64,000 nucleotides of DNA from Leucoraja ocellata (Eukaryota), in assembly GCA_036785375.1 (NCBI GenBank), contig JAWMAR010002507.1, positions 1 through 64,000 of the forward strand, given 5' to 3'. The position numbers and the translations under genes are program-made. The notes under the pieces are model-generated. The model had not been told where the DNA came from. It made no database searches and saw only the letters and a list, made by a program, of their open reading frames with translations. Shown in pieces: positions 34,001-45,313 of this stretch (within the stretch, counting starts at the first letter, position 1; the number at the start of each line of letters is the position of its first letter).

Positions 34001-37000
34001 TTATAGGAGAAGAATTAGGCCATTCGGCCCATCAAGTCTACTCTGCCATTCGGTCATGTCTTTCTCCCTCAACCCGATTCTCCTGCCTTCTCCCCGGAAC
34101 CCCTGACACCCGTAGCAGGGTAGAAAGTGGGAACCCTGTTCGCATGGAGTGGTGGGGGGGGGGGGGGGGTGTCTGGAACACGTTGGTGGGGCCGGTGGTG
34201 AAGGCAGGTGGGAAAGCTGCGTTTAGGAAGCGTTTAGATTGGGACGCGGAGATGCAGGGAATAGAGGGATATGGATCAGGGAGATGAGGACCGGTTAACT
34301 AGGCATCAGGTACGCCACAGAGATTGTGGGCCGAAGGGCCTGTTCCTGCGCTGTTCTATACTAGATTCTGCGTTCTATGTACCACAGGACCCAAAACTAC
34401 CTTCCCAATCTGTAGGTGAATAAGTGTAGCCTCAGTGGTCAGGTTAGAAAACCTGAGATGTGGTTTTTAAATAATAATGGTCATATTAAATAATCAGTAA
34501 ATTATGATATAAATGAAATTGATAAATAATATATTGATTATATAGACGATGATTAAATAATTGTAATTCTTTACTGCGGGTGTCAGGGGTTATGGGGAGA
34601 AGGCAGGAGAATGGGGCTAGGAGGGAGAGATAGATGGGCCATGATTCAATGGCGGAGCAGACTTGATGGGCCGAATGGCTTAATTCTATCACATCACTTA
34701 TGACACTTACGATATTAAATAATCGCTAAGTAATGATGGTGGAAAATAGATCAAACACTTATAGCGGCAAAAATGCTGGAGAAATTCAGCAGGTGCAGCA
34801 GCATCTATGGAGCGAAGGAAATAGGCAACGTTTCGGGTCGAAACCCTGAAGGAACTAGGCAACGTTTCGGGTAGAAACCCTGAAGGAAATAGGCAACGTT
34901 TCGGGTCGAAACCCTGAAGGAAATAGGCAACGTTTCGGGTCGAAACCCTGAAGGAAATAGGCAACGTATCGGGTCGAAACACTGAAGGAAATAGGCAACA
35001 TTTCGGGCCGAAACCCTTCCGGGTTTCGGCCCGAAACGTTGCCTATTTCCTTCGCTCCATAGATGCTGCTGCACCCACTGAGTTTCTCCAGCACTTTTGT
35101 CTACCTTCAATTTTCCAGCATCTGCAGTTCCTTCTTAAACACTTATAGCGGGGAATCGCAGGAGTCCAGCCAAAAACTCAGCGGACACAAGTTGTGTGCT
35201 TCAGACATGTTTTAATCGGTCAGATACAGCTCCCTACTCCTCAAATGGACACGGACGTTGCCTGACCTTAAGTACCTCTAAGGGTCAATCCGGTGACCTG
35301 CACCTCCCACACCGACACACCTAACCCCTCCCTCCAGAGACGAGGGTTCGCTCTGCCGTAGCCCAACACCAGGTGCCGCCACACACTACACTAAAATATT
35401 AAAATTAAACTCACCTTTTGGTGCCATCGGTCCTGGGCTCCCCTGGAATGGAAGCACAGAGGCTGCTATGAAACACACCGGTACAAATGTATGTTGAACT
35501 TGTGGCTGAAGTTTACAGGAGTGACTACAGACTCCAAGCAACTAATCATTGAAGAGTCAAAGAGATACATATATTATAGAAACATATACAATTCTCAAGG
35601 GATTAGGCTGGCTTGATGCAGGAAACATGTTCCCCATGCTGGGGGAGTCCAGAACCAGGGGGTCACGGCTTAAGAATAAGGGGTCGGCCATTTAGGACTG
35701 AGACGAGGAAAAACCTTTTCACCCAGAGAGTTATGAATCTGTGTGGAATTCTCTGCCACAGAAGGCAGTGGAGGCCGATTCACTAGATGTTTTCAAGAGA
35801 GAGTTAGATTTTAGCTCTTAGGGCTAATGGAATCAAGGGATGTGGGGAGAAAGCAGGAACGGGGTACTGATTTTGGATGATCAGCCATGATCATATTGAA
35901 TGGTGGTGCTGGCTCAAAGGGCCGAATGGCCTACTCCTGCACCTATTTTCTATGTTTCTTATTCGATACAGAAACAGGCTCTTCAGCCCCTGAAGGCCAT
36001 TCTGATCATCAACCACCCATTTACACTGATCCTACATTAATCCCATATTTTACTTTTTTTTCCCCAACATTTTTCCACATCCCCAAAGGTTCTACCACTC
36101 AGCTGCTTAATTTCCCACCTAGAATAAATAACGTTGTATCGTATCGTATCGTATTCCCCTCTTGATTTTCTGCACCTCTATCCGCTCATCTCTCAGCCTT
36201 ATGTGTGGGAGGAAACTTCTCAGAGAAAACCCACATAGGTCACGGGGAGATCATACAAACTCCGTACAGACAGCACCCGTAGACTGGCAAAATGGATAAT
36301 CAGGTCCGCTGTGTCGGGAGGTACTGCAGATGCTGGTTTACACCGAAGATAGACACAAAAAGCTGGAGTACCTCAGCGGGACAGACAGCTGTCGGTGAAT
36401 CGAAGAGCAGAGGACATAGGTTAATGGTGAAGGGGAATGTGAGGGGTAACCTTTTGATATAGTAATGGTGATATGGAACAAGCTGCCAGAGGAGGTATCC
36501 CAACATTGAACAGTTCTGGGTCGAGACCCTTCTTCAGTCTGAAACAAAACGTCATCTATTCCTTATCTCCAGAGAGGCTGTCTAACCCGCTGAGTTACTC
36601 CAGCTTTTTGTTTCCATAACTAGGTGAGGCTGTGGAACCAAGGATGGCGGAAAGCCAGGTGGAGGGCCTGTACTCCAGGTGGTGGGGCACAGTTCCGCCT
36701 GAGAGACGCAGAGAGTTTCTCCGATTTACCTGGAACCAGATGGTCCTGCCGTTGGCGTCACGGAGGGTCTGCATTCCCGACACATCGTAGCAACGGAGCC
36801 ACGCAGCAAAGGCAGAGGATCCGTCAGTACGGTCAGAGTTGTAGCCCTTGCCCCCTGAGTCATAGAGAGGGAGAGAGAGTCATCCAGCGCGGAAACAGGC
36901 CCTTCAGCCCAACTTGCCCACACCAGCCAACACGTCCCAGCTACACAAGTCCCACCTGCCTGCGCTTGGTCCATATCCCTACAAACCTGTCGTATCCATG

Positions 37001-40000
37001 TACCTGTTTAACTGTTAAATGTTGTGATAGTCCCAACCCCAACTACCTCCTCTGGCAACTTGTTCCATACACCCACCACCTTTTCACCCCCTCTCGCAAG
37101 CTCACACTCTCTAGTCCTTGCAACATCCTCGTAAATTTTCTCTGTACCCATTCCAGCTTGACAACATCTTTCCTATAAAAGGTGTTTTTTTTTAGAGATA
37201 CAGCGCGGAAACAGGCCCTTCGGCCCACCGAGTCCATACTGACCTGCGATCCCCGCACATTAACACTATCCTACACACACTAGGGACAATTTACACATAC
37301 ACCAAGCCAATTAACCGACAAACCTGTACGTCTTTGGAGTGTGGGAGGAAACCAAAGATCTCGGAGAAAACCCACGCAGGTCACGGGGAGAACGTGCAAA
37401 CTCCGTACAGACAGCGCCCGTAGTTGGGATTGAACCCTGGTCTCTGGTGCTGCAAGCGCTGTAAGGCAGTGACTCTACCGCTGCGCCACCATGACTGGTT
37501 GTGGTTGGGGTAAGATGGATTACACTGTTCTATCAGCGCAGGTTGAATTGAAAACAACAGCATGGAAACAGATCCTTTTGCCCACCTTGACTCTCCCATC
37601 AATGTGAATCACACCAGTGCTGTTTGCTTGCGTAAGATTGACTTACCCAAATTAATGACCTCCATTGGCAGCAGGTGGCACAGCTCAAGAATATCAGGGT
37701 TCTCCAACTTCACCTTTACCTTCTTGCTCAGGGTCAACTCAGCTGTCTTGAGAAAATAGAGGTGGACAAGCAGTTAGTTGCTGCTCGCTGCCAGTGGCCC
37801 CGACTCCACTTACTAGAAGCTGAACGTATCAACCCTTACATCCAGTTCCATTTCCAGGCTCCTCTCCCCCCCCACCTCACCTCACCCTGCTCCCGGCCAT
37901 TCTCTCACCTGTGGAGTGGCCAATACGTATCTCCTCATCTTCTTCCATTTCCACATCCGTTCCTCTACAGGGGTTCATCCAAGTAACAACGCAACACTGC
38001 CACCTTCCTAGACGTTACCACGGTGTTGCTTGGAGGGTTGAACTGAAGCCTCCCTCCTGAACCGGGAGGTCCCAACCCCAACACCTTTCCCACACTCCAT
38101 ATGATTTAATGAACTAGACTGATGTCCACCAGATGCCAAGGTGGAAACTGAGATGACCCTGGGTCTGGACACGCAAGGGACTGCAGGTGCTGGAATCCTG
38201 AGCAAAATGCAAAGTGTTGGAGGAACTCTGCAGGTCAGGCAGCACCTGTGGAGAACATGGATTGCTGATGTTTTGGGTTTAGGATCTATTGCAGCCTCTA
38301 TAGAGTGGCCATGTTTTGAGGAGAGTTCGAAATGGAACAGTAAAATGGAGACACAATGAACTGCAGATGCCTTTTGTTTTAGACGGTTCTGCTAAGAGCA
38401 GGCATAGTCTCAATGGGTCATGGGGTGGTATAGCAAGGGAACAGGCCCTGGGGCATAACGTGTTCATGTCCACCAAGATGTCCCATCTAAGCTCGTGCCA
38501 AGTGTATTAGGCTAGATCCAGGCTAGATGCAGGAAGATTGTTCCCGATGTTGGGGAAGTCCAGAACTAGGGGTCACACAGTTTAAGGATAAGAGGGAAAT
38601 CTTTTAGAACCGAGATGAGAAAATCATTTTTTACACAGAGAGTGGTGAATCTGTGGAATTCTCTGCCACAGAAGGTAGTTGAGGCCACAGTTCATTGGCT
38701 ATATTTAAGAGGGAGTTAGATGTGGCCCTTGTTGGTAAAGGTATCAGGGGGTATGGAGAGAAGGCAGGTACGGGATACCGAGTTGGATGATCAGCCATGA
38801 TCATATTGAATGGCGGTGCAGGCTCGAAGGGCTGAATGGCCTCTACTCCTGCACTTATTTTCTATGTTTCTATTATAAATGTTATAATACATGCCTCAAC
38901 TACCCTCTCTGGCAACTCGTTCCATACACCCACTGCCCTTTGAATAGGAAAGGTTGTCCATCAGGTCCCCATGAAATCTTTCCCCCTCACCTTCAAGTTC
39001 AAGTTCAAGTGAGTTTATTGTCATGTGTCCCTGATAGGACAATGAAATTCTTGCTTTGCTTCAGCACACAGCACACAGTAAACATTTACTACTTAAATCT
39101 GTGCCTGACCTTGGGTGCTGTCTATGTGGAGTTTGCACTTCTCTCTGTGACCGTGTGGGATTCCACTGGGTGCTCTGGTCTCCTCTCACATCCAATGGAC
39201 GTGCGGGTTTGTAGGTTAATTGGCTTCGGTAAATTGTCTCTAGAGTGGGTGAGAAAGTGGAATAGCAGGGTGATCGATGGTTAGGGTGGACGTGATGGGC
39301 CGAAGGGCCTGTTTCCGTGCTGTATCTTTCTTTCAATCAATTCAAGCAATCAAGTTTTGGGGAGTGTAGATAGTTAAATAGATCGAGGCGCAGCTGTTAA
39401 TATATGGATGGTTTATCTATATGTGTAACACAAAGACAGTATCAAGGAAGTGGGTGATCGATGGACAGTGTGGACTCGGTGGGCTGAATGGCCTGTTTCC
39501 ATGCTGTACCTCTGAACTAAGTTTTCCTGTCTAGGAGGCATGGTCACAGAAAATAAAATAGTGGAATGGTGAGTGGTCTAACAACTTAATGGTTGTGGAT
39601 GAAAGATCTTTCCATAGATTGAAGGTGTTGTACATCACAACATTGCGCAGAGCTGTTGCCTTTCTTTGTGCCTCTCTGGTGAAAATTCACAAGTTCACAG
39701 GTTCTAGGAGAAGAATTAGGCCATTCGGCCCAACGAGTCCACACCGCCATTCTATCCCATTTTCCTGCCTTCTCCCCATGACCCTCGACACCCGTTCTCT
39801 GTGTGCATACATGACACAGTGTGTTACCTTGCCTCTGAAGCACCCTGTCCTTACCGGCTCCTTGTGGAGTGACGCTTCCAATACAGTCCTCGCTCTCTCA
39901 AATGGAGGCACCTTCAACCTGAAGATCAAAGGAGATTCAAAGATAGACACAAAAAACTGGAGCAACTCCTTCTGCAGTTGTACAGAGCCCTAGTGAGACC

Positions 40001-42767
40001 ACACCTGGAGTATTGTGTGCAGTTTTGGTCCCCTAATTTGAGAAAGGACATTCTTGCTATTGAGGGAGTGCAGCGTAGGTTTACAAGGTTAATTCCCAGG
40101 ATGGCGGGACTGTCATATGCTGAGAGAATGGAGCAGCTGGGCTTGTATACTCTGGAGTTTAGAAGGATGAGAGGGTATCTCATTGAAACATATAATCATT
40201 GTTAAGGGCTTGGACACACTAGAGGCAGGAAACATGTTCCCGATGTTGGGGGAGTCCAGAACCAGGGGCCACAGTTTAAGAATAAGGAGTAAGCCATTTA
40301 GAACGAGATGAGGAAACACTTTTTCTCACAGAGAGGGGTGAGTCTGTGGAATTCTCTGCCTCAGAGGGCGGTGGAGGCAGGTTCTCTGGATACTTTCAAG
40401 AGAGAGCTAGCAAGGGCTCTTAAAAATAGCGGAGTCAGGGGATATGGGGAGAAGGCAGGAACGGGATACTGATTGGGGATGATCAGCCATGATCACATTG
40501 AATGGCGGTGCTGGCTCGAAGGGGCGAATGGCCTACTCCTGCACCTATTGTCTATTGTCTACGGGTTCTGTCTGTACGGAGTTTGCACGTTCTCCCCGTG
40601 ACCTGCGTGGGTTTTCTCCGAGATCTTTGGTTTCCTCCCACACCCCAAAGACGTGCAGGTTTGTGGGTTAATTGGATTGGTAAATGTAAAAATTGTCCCT
40701 AGTGTGTGTAGGGTAGTGTTAATGTGCGGGGTCCGTTGGTCGGTGCAGACCCGGTGGGCCGATGAGCCTGTTTCATCACTGTATCTCTAACCTAACCTAA
40801 ACTAAACAACAGTGGCATTTCAGAGGCTTTCAGACGACCACACAGATGTGCAGGGAATAGATGGATCTGGGTCGTGTTCAGGCAGATGAGAACAGTCTAA
40901 CGGCATCATGTTCAACATAAACATTGTGTCTCGAAGGGCCTGTTCCTGTGCTGTACTGTTCTATTTGTAGGAAAGAACTGCAGATGCTGGTTTAAATTGA
41001 TGGTAGGCACAAAATGCTGGAGTAACTCAGCGGGACAGGCAGCATCTCTGGAGAGTTTCAGGTCAAGACAGAAGGGTCTCCCATTCCTTCTCTCCAGAGA
41101 TGCTGCCTGTCCCGCTGACTTACTACAGCATTTTACCTGTGTCTACCTGCACTGTTCTATGTTCTGCGTAAATGGGAAACACGGCTCACCTGTGGAGAAT
41201 CTCGGCACGCAGGTAATTCCCAATTCCGTTAAAGTATCTTTGATTTAGGAGCACCTCGCAGATGGGCTTGTTGAAGGCATTGTCAGACAGGTGAGACAGC
41301 ACGTTCTGCCTGTGTGGGGTCAGCAAGAGAGGCCACGATAAGCTATGGGTTTGATCACTGGCCATGCCACGTACAGCAAGCTGCACAGGTAAAGCAACTT
41401 CATGTGTAGGAAGGAACTGCAGATGCCGGTTTACATTGAAGATGGACACAAAATGCTGGAGTAACTCAGCGGGACAGGCAGCATCTCTGGAGAAGGAATA
41501 GGTGATGTTTCGGGACGAGACCCTTCTTCAGACGGAGAGTCAGGGGGAGAGGGAAACGAGAGATATAGACGGTGATTAGGGGTTGGACAGGCTAGATGCA
41601 GGAAGATTGTTCCCGATGTTGGGGAAGTCCAGGACAAGGGGTCACAGCTTAAGGGTAAGGGGGAAATCCTTTAAAACCGAGATGAGAAGAACTTTTTTCA
41701 CACAGAGATTGGTGAATCTCTGGAACTCTCTGCCGCAGAAGGTAGTTGAGGCCAGTTCATTGGCTATATTTAAGAGGGAGTTAGATGTGGCCCTTGTGGC
41801 TAAGGGGATCAGGGGGTATGGAGAGAAGGCAGGTACGGGATACTGAGTTGGATGATCAGCCATGATCATATTGAATGGCGGTGCAGGCTCGAAGGGCCGA
41901 ATGGCCTACTCCTGCACCTAATTTCTATGTTTCTATGTAGAGAGATCTAGAACAAATTAATGAAAGATTTGCAAAACAGTAACAATGATGAAGGAAACTG
42001 GCCACAGTTAGCCGTGAGCTAGGTGAAAATGAGTTACAGACAAAGAAACTCAATAAGGGGACTGAAGCTGGTACGATGTCTTGGGTGGGGGAGAGGTGGA
42101 GCGAGACGGTGAGTTGAAGTTAGAGAAGTCAATGTTCATAGCGCTGGGGTGTAAACTGACCACGTGTAATATGAGGTGTTGTTCCTCCAATTTGCATTGG
42201 GCCTGACTCTGACAAACAGGGTTTGACTAGTTGGGTTTGGCTGTTGGCGTGGGCAAGATGGGTGGGTGTCGTTACCCTGTGATTCTATGATTCGACGATG
42301 TTATACCTGAACATCTCGTACTCCAGCAACACGCAGGGTCCACGGTCTGGCTGCCAGCTACCGTTCACTGCCCAGCTGCCGAACCTCCTGGGATCCACGA
42401 AGCACAGGACCTGCCTGGGGCAGCCACTGGTGAGGAACCTGAGGTGGGCATGTTTGGGGATCTCCTCCACGGCCGCCAGTTGGAACGAGCCCGACATGCC
42501 GAAACGGAAGGTGATGTCCAGTGGGCCGGGCGACCCAGCCTCACCGTCCGTGGCCGAGGGAGATCCTTCCTCCTGTTTGACCGGTGTCAGGGTCAGCTTG
42601 ACCTCCTTCCCGCGGGACTGCGCCGAGATGATGTAAGCATCACACTGGAAGGGAACCTCCATGTTCTTGCTCACAGCTGACTTCTCCACACTCCCCGAGA
42701 ACACCAGGCCACAGCATACCCTGTTGACAAAGCTGCCGGCCATGTGAAGCTCTGGGCCTTCAGGCAT
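31008..42767 (-). CDS. NEIL1: Endonuclease VIII-like DNA glycosylase 1, 9 coding exons, ~412 aa
   Basis: Minus-strand exons 42767-42307, 41309-41190, 39918-39855, 37746-37647, 36854-36730, 35442-35415, 33497-33421, 32409-32193, 31054-31008 (TAG), all phases compatible (1239 nt). Motifs: MPEGPELH catalytic N-terminus, SRGKE, FGMSGSF, H2TH FNGIGNYLRAEIL, GGKGY, GRTIWFQG, and a basic C-terminal tail. The last three exons rest on splice and phase fit plus composition. Confidence 0.95.
31497..31814. mobile_element. MITE with ~70-bp terminal inverted repeats, PIF/Harbinger-like
   Basis: Left arm CCCTGTCCCACTTTCCCCGAGTTACTCACGAATTCTCCCG..TTGATTCAAACTCGGAGAAT is mirrored at 31738-31808, with TAA/TTA flanks. 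Related termini at ~7370-7388 and 32762-32785. Confidence 0.8.
34765..35140. repeat. Palindromic Penelope-type repeat with an internal 34-bp tandem expansion (6 copies)
   Basis: GAAGGAAATAGGCAACGTTTCGGGTCGAAACCCT repeated between inverted arms (AATGCTGGAGAAATTCAGC...CTGAGTTTCTCCAGCA). Confidence 0.85.
37190..37492 (-). mobile_element. tRNA-derived SINE (HE1/V-SINE-like)
   Basis: Reverse complement of the 46770 element. Other copies at ~27535, 30530, 31140, 39100, 40560, 51440, 52395, 54865, 57940, 61460. Confidence 0.85.
39966..40560 (+). mobile_element. CR1-clade LINE 3' fragment
   Basis: [40 protein letters not shown]. Further copies at ~14765-14945, 24290-24470, 32965-33250 (-), 35575-35960, 38515-38870, 41580-41937, 50225-50500. 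Confidence 0.93.
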
Positions 42768-43234
42768 CCCGCACAGCAACCTACAGCAGGGATAAGACAA
42801 CATGTATCCTGAGAGGCACTTGTATGTCATGTTGTTACTTGTGGGTGGAGCACCAAGTCAAATTCCTTGTATGTAAATACTCGGCCAATAAACTTACTTA
42901 CTTAAAGTAAACACCTGGTATTGTTGGTTCACTCTTGTGGAACTCGCTGGATCTACGTCCCACACCCAGAATGAAGGGGGTCCCAGCGGGGGGTGGGGGT
43001 GGGGCAGAAACGTGACGACTTGCGTACAGCCAAGGTGAGATCTGCTCTGTGATTCCACCAGCTTCTATGCATAGCTTTGCACTGTACCTCGGCGCATGTG
43101 ACAATAACACATCACTGCATCGTGATCTCTTTCAACTTACCGAGGCCCCTTTGCTATTTTAATATTAATATTCGCTGGGAAATATCTGCCCTGTAGCAGC
43201 AGAAGTGAAAGTGAGTCCTATATGTGATATATTT

Positions 43235-43800
43235 CACCAGGTTAATTCCCGGGATGGCGGGACTGTCATATGCTGAGAGAATGGAGTGGTTGGTCTTGTA
43301 TGCACTGGAATTTAGAAGGATGAAAGGGTATCTTATTGAAACAAGTTCAAGTGAGTTTATTGTCATGTGTCCCTGATAGGACAATGAAATTCTTGCTTTG
43401 CTTCAGCACACAGAACATAGTAGGCATTTACTACATATAAGATTATTAAGGGTTTGGACCCTCTAGAGGCTGGAAACATGCTCCTGATGTTGGGGGAGTC
43501 CAGAACCAGGGGCCACAGTTTAAGAATAAGGGGTAAGCCATTTAGAACAGAGATGAGGAAAAACTTTTTCACCCAGAAAGTTGTGAATCTGTGGAATTCT
43601 CTGCCTCAGAAGGCAATGGAAGCCAATTCTCTGGAATGCTTTCAAGAGAGAGTTAGATAGAGTTCTTAAAGATAGCGAAGTCAGGGGATATGGGGAGAAG
43701 GCAGGAACGGGGTACTGAGTGTGGATGATCAGTCATGATCACAGTGAATGGCGGTGCTGGCTCGAAGGGCTGAATGGCCTCCTCCTGCACCTATTGTCGA
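43235..43800 (+). mobile_element. CR1-clade LINE 3' fragment with a ~90-bp nested insertion (43343-43432)
   Basis: CR1 coding sequence GAAACA|TATAAGATT is split by CAAGTTCAAGTGAGTTTATTGTCATGTGTCCC..., also present at ~39000-39090. Confidence 0.85.
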
Positions 43801-44554
43801 TAGTGATGTAACTTTACTGACACCCGAGAGACCAGACAAAGGATGAGCAACCTGCCCATGCCCTCCAGAGAACTGTGCTGGAGTAACTCAGTGGGTCAGG
43901 CAGCGTCTGTGGAGTTACAGCAGGATAGGCTTGAGGCTTTCATTAACAATCTGGGTGCGATTGTAGGAGGGATGTATATGGTGGGGTCATGTCGGACATG
44001 TCTCGGGGATAGAGAGCTGGGAGGGTGGCAATAGGGAACTGTATGAGTGTGTGGAGTTGGTGAGCTCGGCGGGGCAATAGCAGACTCTCTCCAGAGATGC
44101 TGCCTGTCCCGCTGAGTTACTCCAGCTTTTTCTTTTGGTCTACAAACACCAATATCGTATGTTCATGTTTATTTGTCCACATTTAAAGCACCAAGCCCCC
44201 CCCCCCCCCCCACCACCCAGCCCAGCATCGCACATATAACAATCCGGACAGCAGAAAGCTTTAAACCCTAAATGAGATACCTTTCCAAAATAAGTTCCTG
44301 GAGTTTGCAAAGTTCAGTCTTAATGCACTAAAGGTGGGATTAGCTGCAGGCGTGTGCACACGAGCCCGGCCGCGCAGTTAAATGGAGCAAGTTTGCATTT
44401 GAACAAGACTCAGAGCAAAGTGCAGACGCTCATGGAAATGATCAGTGCAATCACAATAACCACCAAGTCGGCTAAACTGCAACGCAGTCTTTAGTTTGAA
44501 CGAACCGCAGCTAATCCCGGCGTCTCTTCCTTCCCCTCTGCTCAAAGTGAGGTT

Positions 44555-44590
44555 TCACTTCCTCAGTAATGCAGCCTGGGACTTGGAGTC
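44555..44590 (-). promoter_or_regulatory. Probable NEIL1 promoter elements: ZNF143/THAP11-type motif and ETS site
   Basis: Minus strand GACTCCAAGTCCCAGGCTGCAT resembles ACTACAnnTCCCAnnnTGCA, with GAGGAAGTG adjacent. A candidate non-coding exon donor GGAAAG|GTATCT lies at ~44280; the exon holding the ATG begins at 42780. Confidence 0.45.
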
Positions 44591-44815
44591 TATGTGCAAC
44601 TAACGTCGGTGTTAAAGGGAGGAACTGCAGATGCTGGTTTGAACCGAAGATGAGACACAAAATGCTGGAGTAACTCAGCGCGACTGGCAGCATCTCTGGT
44701 GAGTAGGAATGGGGTCTGGACCCTGAAACGTCACCCATTCTATTCCTTCCTAACCCAGTGTTGACACAAGAAACCTTCCCAATAAAACAAAACTCAGCTT
44801 TGACAAATTCAAAAG

Positions 44816-44822
44816 TTTATTT
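44816..44822 (-). terminator. Probable COMMD4 polyadenylation signal
   Basis: Plus-strand TTTATT (AATAAA on minus) ~490 nt after the stop, at the end of an AU-rich UTR. Confidence 0.55.
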
Positions 44823-45313
44823 TTTCACAATTGAAGTTCACAAACCGCCATTAATTCGCTTAATTAATTAATTAGCATAAATTCTGGTTTGGCCACAATA
44901 ACAATTTTTCTGCATTTGAGCTGAAAACCAAAAGAGAAAATCAGTACAATAGCATAAACTTGGCGGTAAATTGCAATACTCAAAAGATCTTCAACTGTGA
45001 CATAAATGGCATGTAATGGCAGATGTTGCATTAGTCTAGCTTAGTTCAGTTATATTTCCACAGCGAGGCTAAAGATTAATGCATTAGACACAAACAAGTC
45101 CCTGCAAAGTGCTTGGTTAAGATATAGTCAAGTTTTAATCCACCAAACTTGCAAACATACTTTGGCATTGTTGGCCGAATGCTTAAATGGAATGCACAGG
45201 ATCCCCTGGGGTTCACCACCACAGCAACCTTATAAAAGCATCAGGACATTCACTCTCTTTGTTTCCAATCTCCTGTCCATCCTGCCTGGGACAAAGTTGC
45301 ACCTCGGGGGTTG

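Noticed and set aside
34815-35020. CRISPR-like regular repeats (also 49915-50210 and 61955-62433)
   Set aside because: Eukaryotic context, no unique spacers of constant length, no cas genes.
38100-38130. Possible C/D snoRNA boxes in a NEIL1 intron
   Set aside because: Boxes are too close together, on the non-host strand, and lack a terminal stem.
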